Assembly (NCBI RefSeq): GCF_000039765.1
Contig: NC_004459.3
Location: forward strand, 3,249,867 to 3,281,866
Reading direction: 5' to 3'
Origin: Vibrio vulnificus CMCP6
GTDB taxonomy: Bacteria > Pseudomonadota > Gammaproteobacteria > Enterobacterales > Vibrionaceae
DNA length: 32,000 nucleotides
Numbering within the stretch: position 1 is the stretch's first letter; each line of letters begins with the position of its first letter. This document shows positions 1-8,934 of the stretch, piece by piece. The position numbers were made by a program, and so were the translations under genes. Below the pieces are notes generated by a model. That model worked only from the letters and a program-made list of their open reading frames with translations. It ran no database searches and had not been told where the DNA came from.

Positions 1-1
1 G

Positions 2-166
2 ATGGTTTTTGATTTTCTCGTTCAAGAAAAAGTGTTGTTAGTGCAGGGTTCTGGATTCAACTGGCCAAAACCAGACCACTTCCGCATTGTCACTCTACCG
101 CATATCGAAGATCTCGAAACCGCCATTGGCCGCTTTGAACGTTTCTTACATGGCTATAGCCAGTAG
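2..166 (+). CDS. alaA: C-terminal fragment of alanine aminotransferase AlaA/YfbQ-like (gene begins outside window)
   Basis: Frame 2 reads ...FDFLVQEKVLLVQGSGFNWPKPDHFRIVTLPHIEDLETAIGRFERFLHGYSQ* with stop TAG at 164-166. It ends in the typical AlaA C-terminus and lies directly upstream of yfbR, as in Enterobacteria and Vibrio. Confidence 0.8.
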   Translation: MVFDFLVQEKVLLVQGSGFNWPKPDHFRIVTLPHIEDLETAIGRFERFLHGYSQ

Positions 167-237
167 TAATTATTGTTAAACTTTCATATGCTTAAAGGTG
201 TTCCATAGGAACACCTTTTTTCTAACTGCGTTTTGAG

Positions 238-480
238 GTGACTATCGTGCAAGAAAGCCATTTTTTCGCTCATTTGGCTCGTATGAAGCTAATTCAACGC
301 TGGCCATTAATGCGCTCTGTCTCCAGTGAGAATGTCTCTGAGCACAGTTTGCAGGTCGCCTTTGTTGCCCATGCTTTAGCGCTGATCAAAAACAAGAAGT
401 TTGGTGGTCACATCAATGCAGAGCGGGTGGCCGTGTTGGCCATGTATCACGATAGTAGTGAGGTTTTGACTGGTGATTAG
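238..480 (+). pseudogene. yfbR: 5' part of host 5'-deoxynucleotidase YfbR, truncated by the island
   Basis: 80 aa '[52 protein letters not shown]...[12 protein letters not shown]' matches the N-terminal part of YfbR. The frame stops immediately after LTGD and the expected 'LPTPVKY...' continuation is absent. Confidence 0.85.
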
Positions 481-521
481 TTCGTTTTTCTAATATGAGT
501 AAACCAGTGACTTAGTTCGTT
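473..521. repeat. Direct repeat GTGA(C)TTAGTTCGTT with nested inverted repeats at the yfbR/island junction
   Basis: GTGA-TTAGTTCGTT at 473-486 and GTGA-C-TTAGTTCGTT at 507-521. Inverted pairs: ACTGGT (469-474)/ACCAGT (503-508) and ATTAG (476-480)/CTAAT (490-494). Confidence 0.6.
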
Positions 522-563
522 AATACACATAAGTTACCATTAGACTATTGTAAGGATATTCAG

Positions 564-1163
564 TTGAAAAAATCACAAAGTACATTCATGGCATGGGTGA
601 CACGTATGCCATTAATAAAACGCTGGGCATTAATGCACTGCTTTCAAGAAGAAAATGTTTCAGAACATTCTCATCAGGTTGCGGTAATAGCTCACTTATT
701 AACTGTCATTAAAAACAAACGATATGGCGGTAACTTAAATCCAGAAAAAGCTGCAGTTACCGCCATTTATCATGAAATATCAGAAACAAAACTTCAGGAT
801 ATAAATTCAAAAACCAAGTACCACAGCCCTGAATTTACAGCAGCATTTAAAAAACTTGAAGATATTGCAGAAAAAGAATGTTTAGAAACATTACCAGAGG
901 ATTTACGTAATGAGTTCTCAGATTTACTTGTTCAAAAAAATGTAGACGCTGAATATAAAGCGATTGTAAAAGCAGCAGATATTCTATCAGCTTATATAAA
1001 GACTCTAAACGAACTTCGATTTAACAATGATGAATTTTTACATGTCAAAAAAGGACTTGATCCAAAAATTAAAAGACTTATTACTGAAATGCCTGAAGTA
1101 AAAGATTTTATGGATGTATTTTGTGATAGTTGCACTACTACGTTTGACAAAATATCAGGATAA
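564..1163 (+). CDS. Full-length diverged YfbR-like HD-domain nucleotidase
   Basis: 199 aa homologous to the truncated upstream copy (MPLIKRWALMHCFQEENVSEHSHQVAVIAHLLTVIKNKRYGG...YHEISE...KAADILSAYIK). Length and C-terminal region agree with YfbR. Confidence 0.8.
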   Translation: MKKSQSTFMAWVTRMPLIKRWALMHCFQEENVSEHSHQVAVIAHLLTVIKNKRYGGNLNPEKAAVTAIYHEISETKLQDINSKTKYHSPEFTAAFKKLEDIAEKECLETLPEDLRNEFSDLLVQKNVDAEYKAIVKAADILSAYIKTLNELRFNNDEFLHVKKGLDPKIKRLITEMPEVKDFMDVFCDSCTTTFDKISG

Positions 1164-1481
1164 ATAATACCTCTCGGTATCTATAGAGTTTTAAAAAAAA
1201 GCAGAATCTGTAATCACGCATAACTTCATCACACATGCGTTATCAATATGAGTAACGTATGTAAAATGTGTTTTAACTCAAACTTTTACATAAAATCAAC
1301 ACATCAAAATTTACATACAACGCCAAGTTTGGTAACGTAAAATTGTAAAGGTTATCGTCACCTAGCCCGACTCAAGGCAAAGACGATAGTTTTGAATAGA
1401 CAAAGTAATCACTTTTCAGTGGCATTTTGCATGAGAGTCGCATAGCAAACTTCAATGCTGCACTACGACCAAGGTGAAACT

Positions 1482-2066
1482 ATGTCTAAAAACCATTCAT
1501 TACCTCAAATTTCTCCATCCGACATCTTTAAGTTAAAAGCAAAACAATTTTCATTGTTAATAACCAAAATATCAGGTTTTAGTAATATACCGTCAAAAAA
1601 AAGGTATGATTGGTTAGCTCATGCTCTAGGTTATAAAGACCACAATGATTTATTACACTCTAATTATCTTAGAAGAATTACTGATAACCGTAATATCCTA
1701 AATATTTTTAGTAATAAAAAACAACGAGAAGACATAATTAATATTTTCTGCTCTAACCTTCCTGACGTATCAAAGAAACATATAAGTGATGCTACTATTT
1801 TAATGGCTATTATAGAAAAGCCAGAATATAAAAAGTTACTATTTTCACTAATACATAGTGGAATTAGATACCCCTCAATTTCTGGGTTAATTACACCTAA
1901 AAATAATAAAATAATCACATATAAATTAAACATCCCAAGAATAAAATCAGCACACCAAAGCCTACCAAATAACACCATCAACAAAAACCATATATTTTCG
2001 TTTTCAAAATTTCGTGAAGATTATGTTAAAAACACATTATCAGAAAACTTAACGACAAATAAATGA
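1482..2066 (+). CDS. Small 'LAHALGYKDHNDLL' motif protein, first gene of the recombinase operon
   Basis: The ATG at 1482 (MSKNHSLPQIS...) preceded by AAGGTG is a better start than 1455. ATGA overlap with the next gene. Paralogue of 8334-8789. Confidence 0.7.
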   Translation: MSKNHSLPQISPSDIFKLKAKQFSLLITKISGFSNIPSKKRYDWLAHALGYKDHNDLLHSNYLRRITDNRNILNIFSNKKQREDIINIFCSNLPDVSKKHISDATILMAIIEKPEYKKLLFSLIHSGIRYPSISGLITPKNNKIITYKLNIPRIKSAHQSLPNNTINKNHIFSFSKFREDYVKNTLSENLTTNK

Positions 2067-3940
2067 AATATAGATTTGGTGAAATGGGAAATAAAAAAGT
2101 ATCTATCGGAAACTTATCCGCAAAAATAATAAGTGGGAAAAACATAAGTATCGGTGATAAAAGTGCACTTGGTGAATTAATTAAATATTTAAAAAAAGAG
2201 AATAAAAGTAAATTAATAACAACCAACTTTGATGATGTTGAATTTCTTAAATTTCTGAAATATTTATCTACGATTAAAACGACAAAACGCCGATATCAAA
2301 TTTCTGTTGCAGTAAGACGCCTTATTGCTGAAGAATTTCACAACGGAGTTGTTTTCACTATATCACCCGACGAATGGCCTGTTCCGGAAAAACCGAGACC
2401 AACGCATTTTCAACCACTAAGCTCAGAACAAATAGTCAAATTGGAAGAATTTCTAAGAGAAGAAATTGACGTTGCTTATAAGAAAGATGAAATTTTTCAG
2501 AGTGCCCGAAAATCAGGAGTGGTTAGCAACAAAATCGGCATCGACTTTTGGCACCGAGCTAACCCAGATCCAGCGTTACCTAGATTTACTGACTGGCATG
2601 AAAGCCTAAAAAATGCCATTGCTACAATATATTCTATTCATCCAAATTTTCCTAATAATGCATCAAATGAAGATTTGGCAGAAAATGGAAAATTTTATAT
2701 TCCCAAAGACCTTACATATACAAATCTTACAACAACATTTAAAACCCTCGCAAAGAGAATGGTCATGCAAAACATTCCTGGGTACACTTCATTTGTATTA
2801 GAAGCCCCAGAACTAACATATACAAAATTAATATCATATATCTACCCGGATTTACGTGAACTGATCGCTATTAAAATAGCGATTTGCTTCGAAACTGGTT
2901 GGTCACCCGATATCACCGAACGAATAGATCCAGATGATTATATTTATGACCCAATTCCTATGGAAAATGACTGGGTATTTATTAAATCAACAAAAGCAAA
3001 GGGAGCTTCTGTAAATAAGAAAACAAGACTTCGCGAACAGAGATTGATGATTCATCCTAGTTCAAAAACTGATAAATACAGTGCGTATAATTTAATAAAA
3101 TTACTAGTAAAAAGAACTTCAACATTACGAAAAGGACATTTATACGAGAAAGCAACTACAGATCTTGACGTTCACCCTGCATTCATAAGTTTAGTAGTAA
3201 ATGCTGGTCTAAAATTTGTAGCGCATTACCCATGCCGTAAAGGTGTTAATAGAAGTTCAAGTAGCAAGTTCATTGAAAAAAGTATTGGGTATAAGTTGGA
3301 TCTAAGACGACTCAGGCCAACTCGATTGTATCTAAATGAAAAAGAAAAAAAGCTGCCGCTATTGCTTCAAGTCGCGCTATTTGGGCACTCAACATCTGCA
3401 ATTACTGACGAGGTTTATAAAGACAACTCCCACTTCCAACAGCTAAGAAATGACAAACTAGCAATGGAATTAGATAGTATATTCGACAGTATTCGTGATG
3501 GTTCTTTCAAAGGAAAACTAGTTCCATTAAAACAAAGAACATGTATCAAAAAAAAGATAATAAATATCTATACAAACCACAATGGCGAGTCACCATTAGC
3601 AATCTGTAATAACCCATACTACCCCACCTGGCACTTGTCTGATGGTGGACAAATTCCCAGATCAAATAAACCATGCAAACAATTTAACAAATGTCTTACG
3701 TGTCAACAATCATCCGTTACCAGTGACAACATTCCATTTGTAGTAGATAGATTCCTCTATTTAGATCAGAAACGACGCTCAATGCGAAGTGACCAGTTTG
3801 ATTGCATGTATAGGGAAGAATATGAAGCAGCAAAAGAAGTCATCGAATCATGGCCTTATCAAGAAGATATTCAAGAAGCTGAGTTGAGAAACGCTGTTGA
3901 TGGATACCTACTTCCACCTATTATTTCAGAGAGTAACTAA
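2063..3940 (+). CDS. Large tyrosine-recombinase-fold protein, probably degenerate catalytic site, C-terminal Cys cluster
   Basis: 625 aa. C-terminal recombinase-like motifs 'DLRRLRPTRLYL...LLLQVALFGHSTSAITDEVY' and Cys cluster 'CKQFNKCLTC'. The box I position reads TGWS instead of TGLR. Confidence 0.7.
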   Translation: MKYRFGEMGNKKVSIGNLSAKIISGKNISIGDKSALGELIKYLKKENKSKLITTNFDDVEFLKFLKYLSTIKTTKRRYQISVAVRRLIAEEFHNGVVFTISPDEWPVPEKPRPTHFQPLSSEQIVKLEEFLREEIDVAYKKDEIFQSARKSGVVSNKIGIDFWHRANPDPALPRFTDWHESLKNAIATIYSIHPNFPNNASNEDLAENGKFYIPKDLTYTNLTTTFKTLAKRMVMQNIPGYTSFVLEAPELTYTKLISYIYPDLRELIAIKIAICFETGWSPDITERIDPDDYIYDPIPMENDWVFIKSTKAKGASVNKKTRLREQRLMIHPSSKTDKYSAYNLIKLLVKRTSTLRKGHLYEKATTDLDVHPAFISLVVNAGLKFVAHYPCRKGVNRSSSSKFIEKSIGYKLDLRRLRPTRLYLNEKEKKLPLLLQVALFGHSTSAITDEVYKDNSHFQQLRNDKLAMELDSIFDSIRDGSFKGKLVPLKQRTCIKKKIINIYTNHNGESPLAICNNPYYPTWHLSDGGQIPRSNKPCKQFNKCLTCQQSSVTSDNIPFVVDRFLYLDQKRRSMRSDQFDCMYREEYEAAKEVIESWPYQEDIQEAELRNAVDGYLLPPIISESN

Positions 3941-5883
3941 TGAAACTAATAAACTTTGGCGAGATCAACATTGATAAAGACATTCAAATATCAGAAGAAA
4001 TAAATTTCAAATATAATGTTTGGAGAATTCAATATTCACAATCAGAACATATATCACTAAACTTTGAAAATTTTAGTGAAAATAATAATGTATCTAACTA
4101 TAACGATTTGGTAATTTTAATAAAAATACTAACTTATTATGAATTCCCTAAATTATTCAATTTAAACATAACCAGTTGGTTGACAACAAATCATCGCCAT
4201 TCATATTTTATTAATGTCGCTAAAAATTTTCTCCTTGATTCTGGATTTACATCTAGAAAAATGCTTTCTAATATTACTTTAAGTCAATGTAAAGGATATA
4301 TTGAAGATTGCATTTCACTATTTAAAAAAAGAATACCAGGTTCAATAACAAAACTGGATAGTGCAATATATTTTTTTGACAGATGGAGTGAATTATCTCA
4401 CAAAAAAAGGTTACCAAAAGAATTCAGATTTGAATACGATAAGTATGATATTTTAGATAAAGAAAAACGTGCTGAACTAAGAACTCTCAAAGATGAACAA
4501 TGCGATCCATGGCAACCATTGGATTCAGAAATTGTAAAATCCGTTTTCGATGAATCATTAAAATATATACAAACTTTATCTCCAACAATTATTAAATGCT
4601 CCAATTTAGTAAAAGAAAAAGGACGACGAGACGATGGTTCTTCTTGGGGAACCATAAGAAAAGATGGTCGTACAAAACATATTTTTAAAGTACTCGAGAA
4701 CATGGAAATTCCAGACATATATGATGGAGTTAAACTTTTCAATTTTAAGCCTGTAACCAAAGAGGTTACTTCTTTAGGTTACGCCAGTGGGAAGCAAGAT
4801 AGAACAACAATACCAACCAATGAAATACGGCCAGCAGTTATAAAACTAAAACGAAGTTGTATATTTATTATAGGGTTATTTACTGGTTTAAGGCGTCGTG
4901 AGATTGCATCACTAAAGGCTAAGCCAGCATATAAAAAAAATGATTGTTTATACTTAGATATTATACGTTTTAAGCAAGCCGCCGATTCAGAACAAGAAGG
5001 TGAAGAAGATAGTATCCCTATACCAAAAATTGTTGGTGATGCTATTGATATATTAATTGAATTATTTGCTATCAGCCGAAAGACATTAAATAGCCAATAT
5101 CTTTTGGTAACAGATATGCCTTCTAAAAAGAATTTCGAAAAAATAAAAATTGATACAATTACAAAAGACATTAGAAAAATAGTCGCTGATATGACAGATG
5201 TAACAGATGCTCACCCACACCAGCTGCGAAAAACTATCGCATGGTTACTGATTTCTAGAAGTGAAAAAAACATTGATCTTATTCGTCAGCTCTTTGGTCA
5301 TAAAAGTTATGGTATGACACTTCGATATATAATGCGCAACGAATTAATGGTAGAGAGTGTAATAGAGTTGTTAGAACACAACTACACAGAAGATCTACAA
5401 GAAATATTCGAGGCTATCAATAATAATAATACAGCGGGAGATCTATCAGATAAAATCAAAAAACGTATGGAAGAGCAAATTTATCCAGGTAGCATATTGG
5501 TAACCGATATTGAATCCTATGTGCGTGAATCACTAAAAGCTGGTATACCTTTGTTCGTATCGAGAGTCCCCATTGGTGGTTTCTGCATAAACGCGGGTAA
5601 TGAAGATTCTATCCCACCATGTATGATGAAAACCAATTCAAAAAGACCATGCGTTGATTTCTGTAACTACAAAGTGTGTGATTACCTAATTTTTAATGAT
5701 GAATCAATTTCTAATATTCACTCTCAAATTAACTACTACAAACAAAAGTTAAGCTATCTAGATGAATCAAGCAATGAAAAAGTTGTGACTTATTATCAAA
5801 AAGAAATTCTTGAACACAGAGAGCTTCTTGAGAGATTAGAAAATAAGAAAAATAACCAGAATTTTAAAAAGGCTCAATTATGA
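3940..5883 (+). CDS. Tyrosine recombinase/integrase, full catalytic set, C-terminal Cys cluster
   Basis: 647 aa with 'LFTGLRRREIASL', 'HPHQLRKTIAWLL', 'LFGHKSYGMTLRYI'. Cys-rich tail 'CMMKTNSKRPCVDFCNYKVCDY'. Start overlaps upstream stop (TAATG). Confidence 0.85.
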   Translation: MKLINFGEINIDKDIQISEEINFKYNVWRIQYSQSEHISLNFENFSENNNVSNYNDLVILIKILTYYEFPKLFNLNITSWLTTNHRHSYFINVAKNFLLDSGFTSRKMLSNITLSQCKGYIEDCISLFKKRIPGSITKLDSAIYFFDRWSELSHKKRLPKEFRFEYDKYDILDKEKRAELRTLKDEQCDPWQPLDSEIVKSVFDESLKYIQTLSPTIIKCSNLVKEKGRRDDGSSWGTIRKDGRTKHIFKVLENMEIPDIYDGVKLFNFKPVTKEVTSLGYASGKQDRTTIPTNEIRPAVIKLKRSCIFIIGLFTGLRRREIASLKAKPAYKKNDCLYLDIIRFKQAADSEQEGEEDSIPIPKIVGDAIDILIELFAISRKTLNSQYLLVTDMPSKKNFEKIKIDTITKDIRKIVADMTDVTDAHPHQLRKTIAWLLISRSEKNIDLIRQLFGHKSYGMTLRYIMRNELMVESVIELLEHNYTEDLQEIFEAINNNNTAGDLSDKIKKRMEEQIYPGSILVTDIESYVRESLKAGIPLFVSRVPIGGFCINAGNEDSIPPCMMKTNSKRPCVDFCNYKVCDYLIFNDESISNIHSQINYYKQKLSYLDESSNEKVVTYYQKEILEHRELLERLENKKNNQNFKKAQL

Positions 5884-6980
5884 CTTTAAAGGAAAAGGAT
5901 GTAGAAAATGTAATTGATATCCTTATCTCATCAGATTCTTTTAATGTAAAAAAACTAGCTGAGTATCTTAAGGTTTCTCGGTCCTATTTATATAAAGAAT
6001 TCCGACATCTACTACCTAAACCAGCAAGTATCACCCAAAAAAGAATAGAAAATGCTATTTTACGAATTAGACAACGGACAGGTCGCTCTCTCTTAACTAT
6101 TTCGGAAGTAGCAATAGAATCAGGAGTAAGCAGGCAAAGTATTTCTAGAGATTACAGTCATCTTTTATCTATGATAAAAGGTAAAAAATCTGTTGATATA
6201 ATTCCTAATTCAACAACAGAATCAGAAGAAAAAATTAAATTCCTAGAAGATCAAATTTCTTCTCTTAGCATGAAAAATGAAGAATATGAAGAGAATATTA
6301 AGTTAAAGGTTTACTCCGATATGATGAAGCAAGATCTTGCTTCATTTACAGCCCAAAAGGACAAAGCAAATGCTATCAAGCTACAAAATCAAAATGATGA
6401 AATAATAGCTATTAATAAACAACAAATATCAGAACTAGCGGATCTACGATCGCAATTATCAGAATTAAAAAGAAAGTCTAAAACAATCATTCCCGGGTGT
6501 AATATTATTGCTCATATCAAACCAGATTATAGTAGTATTTCATCAAAAATGGATTTAAAAACTTCAATGGAGATTTTCTTCGAAATAGAAGAAAAAAACA
6601 TAAACGATGCCATTGATATCTGCTTCACTTCACAACCTAATTCAGTAATATTTTTTCAACCTTTTCTTAGTTGCAACTTTGAAAGTCTTGGTATTACTTT
6701 ATCAAAAGGTGATGTTATTCTTATTGAAAGTAATTTTCCTCTTGCCAAGCAATTCAAAAAACTTTTACTAAATATAAGCGAAATTCCTGTCCATTCAATA
6801 TCATGTAAAGGTCACGAATTACAATTGGCAAATTTCTATTGTCGAAAGAATCACACCAATAAATTTAGCGAAGAGTTTATAGATAAGTTATATAAACTAA
6901 TATCTTATCCAGATCAGAATGATGGTTTTAAATCTGTAACGCTCGTAAAGCCTAGCCCTTCTATTTCGGCGGTAAAATAG
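5880..6980 (+). CDS. HTH plus coiled-coil accessory protein of the recombinase operon
   Basis: 366 aa. N-terminal HTH-like segments 'NVKKLAEYLKVSRSYLYKEFRHLL' and 'LTISEVAIESGVSRQSISRDYSHLL', then a charged coiled coil and an unassigned C-terminal domain. ATGA overlap with upstream gene. Confidence 0.7.
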   Translation: MTLKEKDVENVIDILISSDSFNVKKLAEYLKVSRSYLYKEFRHLLPKPASITQKRIENAILRIRQRTGRSLLTISEVAIESGVSRQSISRDYSHLLSMIKGKKSVDIIPNSTTESEEKIKFLEDQISSLSMKNEEYEENIKLKVYSDMMKQDLASFTAQKDKANAIKLQNQNDEIIAINKQQISELADLRSQLSELKRKSKTIIPGCNIIAHIKPDYSSISSKMDLKTSMEIFFEIEEKNINDAIDICFTSQPNSVIFFQPFLSCNFESLGITLSKGDVILIESNFPLAKQFKKLLLNISEIPVHSISCKGHELQLANFYCRKNHTNKFSEEFIDKLYKLISYPDQNDGFKSVTLVKPSPSISAVK

Positions 6981-6981
6981 T

Positions 6982-8268
6982 ATGCTTATTGAACGGAAAT
7001 TAATTACATATCCATATGAAAGAACCGATTACTCTCATTACATCCTAGTTTTAAAAATAAATGATAAGATAATATTGATGAGTGCTGTAAATCTATTTTT
7101 AAAAGAAAGGACATACAGAAGTTTTAAAACCAGCGAACGGTATTCCAATATTTTAAAACGTTTCTTTCATTTTATAATAAAAAATAATGCCAACATAAGC
7201 CAAAATTTCTGGCGAGAAGTTACGGATAGCGATATTCGTGAATGGCAAGGATATATAATAAAAAAGAGAGATAATGAACACAAGAAAAGGCCAAAGGATG
7301 ATACTATATATTTAGATGCTTGTATCGTTTTCGACTTCTATTCTTGGGCAGAAAGGAACCATTTTCCGGTTTTAATAAATTCAACAAGTGTTGACTGGAA
7401 ATTTAATTTTCGAGATGAAAGCAAAATTTTATCAAGTAAAGGCATCCTATCAGGAAGTGTTCCAGATTATGCAAACATTGATATTCGTAACACACGAAGA
7501 AAGCAATTTAGAAGCTTTAATAATAAATCTGATACTATAATGGAGTTTGAAAATATCATAGCTTTAGTAACATCATATAGTGATCTAGTTTATCCAGTAA
7601 TGTTTCTTTTAGCACTAGCTACTGGTATGCGTGAACAGGGAGTATGCTCTTTCCCTTATATTGGAATCGGTGAAAATGATCATATTAGAACATATCCTGA
7701 AATAAAAAATTTGGTTCCCAAAGACCCCAAAGGAAAAACTCCCAAAACATTTCCTTTCACTACTATAGAAAAAGGGAATAAAAAAAGAACTTTAAAGGTC
7801 AACATGTCTGCCTGGAAAATAATATGCAAAACATACTTACCACTTTATTACCAAAGAAAAAAATTATTTAGACAGAAATTTCCTCATAAAAACGATAATG
7901 CTGTATTCTTCTTGAATAAGGTCGGTAAACCCGTAACACCCAAAATGGTGTCAGATGCGACGAACCGAGCAAAAAAGAAACTTAATGACCAGCACTTTCA
8001 TTGGTCATTTCACAGTACAAGGGACTGGTATGCCACAATGTTTATTATCAAACACTTAACTCGAGAACAGATCAATGTAGCACATTATGACGCAGCTATT
8101 GAAGATGCTTTACGCAAACAACTAGGACACAGTGATATCAGAACAACATACATGCATTACATCCGTGTAGCTTCTCTTCTGTTGGCAACACGTAATGGTG
8201 AATTAGATTTTTCGTTGGGGAATTCTGATGATTTTTGGAATAATATTGCTAAAACAATAACTACCTAG
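6982..8268 (+). CDS. Tyrosine recombinase/integrase
   Basis: 428 aa with 'LATGMREQGV', 'HWSFHSTRDWYAT', 'LRKQLGHSDIRTTYMHYI' (R, HxxR, GH, Y). Only 1 nt after upstream stop. Confidence 0.85.
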   Translation: MLIERKLITYPYERTDYSHYILVLKINDKIILMSAVNLFLKERTYRSFKTSERYSNILKRFFHFIIKNNANISQNFWREVTDSDIREWQGYIIKKRDNEHKKRPKDDTIYLDACIVFDFYSWAERNHFPVLINSTSVDWKFNFRDESKILSSKGILSGSVPDYANIDIRNTRRKQFRSFNNKSDTIMEFENIIALVTSYSDLVYPVMFLLALATGMREQGVCSFPYIGIGENDHIRTYPEIKNLVPKDPKGKTPKTFPFTTIEKGNKKRTLKVNMSAWKIICKTYLPLYYQRKKLFRQKFPHKNDNAVFFLNKVGKPVTPKMVSDATNRAKKKLNDQHFHWSFHSTRDWYATMFIIKHLTREQINVAHYDAAIEDALRKQLGHSDIRTTYMHYIRVASLLLATRNGELDFSLGNSDDFWNNIAKTITT

Positions 8269-8333
8269 TGCCTCCTCGCCATTCAGCCTAATCCATAGCG
8301 AAGCTACACACTACGCATAATAGGGATAAATCT

Positions 8334-8789
8334 ATGCATAAGGAAACCTTTAAAGTTGCTCCTTTTAATCTTGATAATTTTAAATCGAAAGCAGTACGAT
8401 TTACGTCACTGATAGCAGAAAAGTCAGGACATGATAAATTTAAATCAAAAGAACGTTATAATTTGCTTGCTCAATCATTGGGTTATAAAGACCATGGAGC
8501 TCTCGTGAAGTTATCGCGTTCCTGGAAAATCAGTAACAATAATGCCGTTTTTAGCATTTTTGTTTATGAGAAACACAGAAAAAAAATCATTCATACTTTT
8601 TGCTCAAACCTTCCATCGGTCTCCAACAAACATATCGAAGCGGCTGTAAAGGAAATGATTGTGGACGAAAGACTAGAAATCTCTAATTTTTTACGCTGTA
8701 CTCCCATGAGCCGAGAATCGTTTGTTCAATATCATAACCGAAACTATTTCGAAGAAGTGACTTGGAGTAACTTTGATTCCCATAACTGA
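8334..8789 (+). CDS. Paralogue of the 1482-2066 small protein
   Basis: 151 aa. 'KSKAVRFTSLIAEKSGHDKFKSKERYNLLAQSLGYKDHGALV' and 'FCSNLPSVSNKHIEAAV' parallel 'KLKAKQFSLLITKISGFSNIPSKKRYDWLAHALGYKDHNDLL' and 'FCSNLPDVSKKHISDAT'. Confidence 0.7.
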   Translation: MHKETFKVAPFNLDNFKSKAVRFTSLIAEKSGHDKFKSKERYNLLAQSLGYKDHGALVKLSRSWKISNNNAVFSIFVYEKHRKKIIHTFCSNLPSVSNKHIEAAVKEMIVDERLEISNFLRCTPMSRESFVQYHNRNYFEEVTWSNFDSHN

Positions 8790-8934
8790 GGATCTCGAAC
8801 TTATCAATCACAAAGTCTCAAACTATGTTAAAACAATTAACAAAAATGACTTCAAGCATTAATGCAACTCTTTCGAGAAGGCGGATACAACTATATAGGA
8901 TGGTCCGCCTCACGCCAAATTTATATTAACGTCT

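Noticed and set aside
1664-5171. Minus-strand ORFs 1664-1984, 2026-2226, 4398-4760, 4779-5171 and plus-strand ORF 2613-2801
   Set aside because: All shadow the recombinase operon genes, which have strong motif and coupling support.
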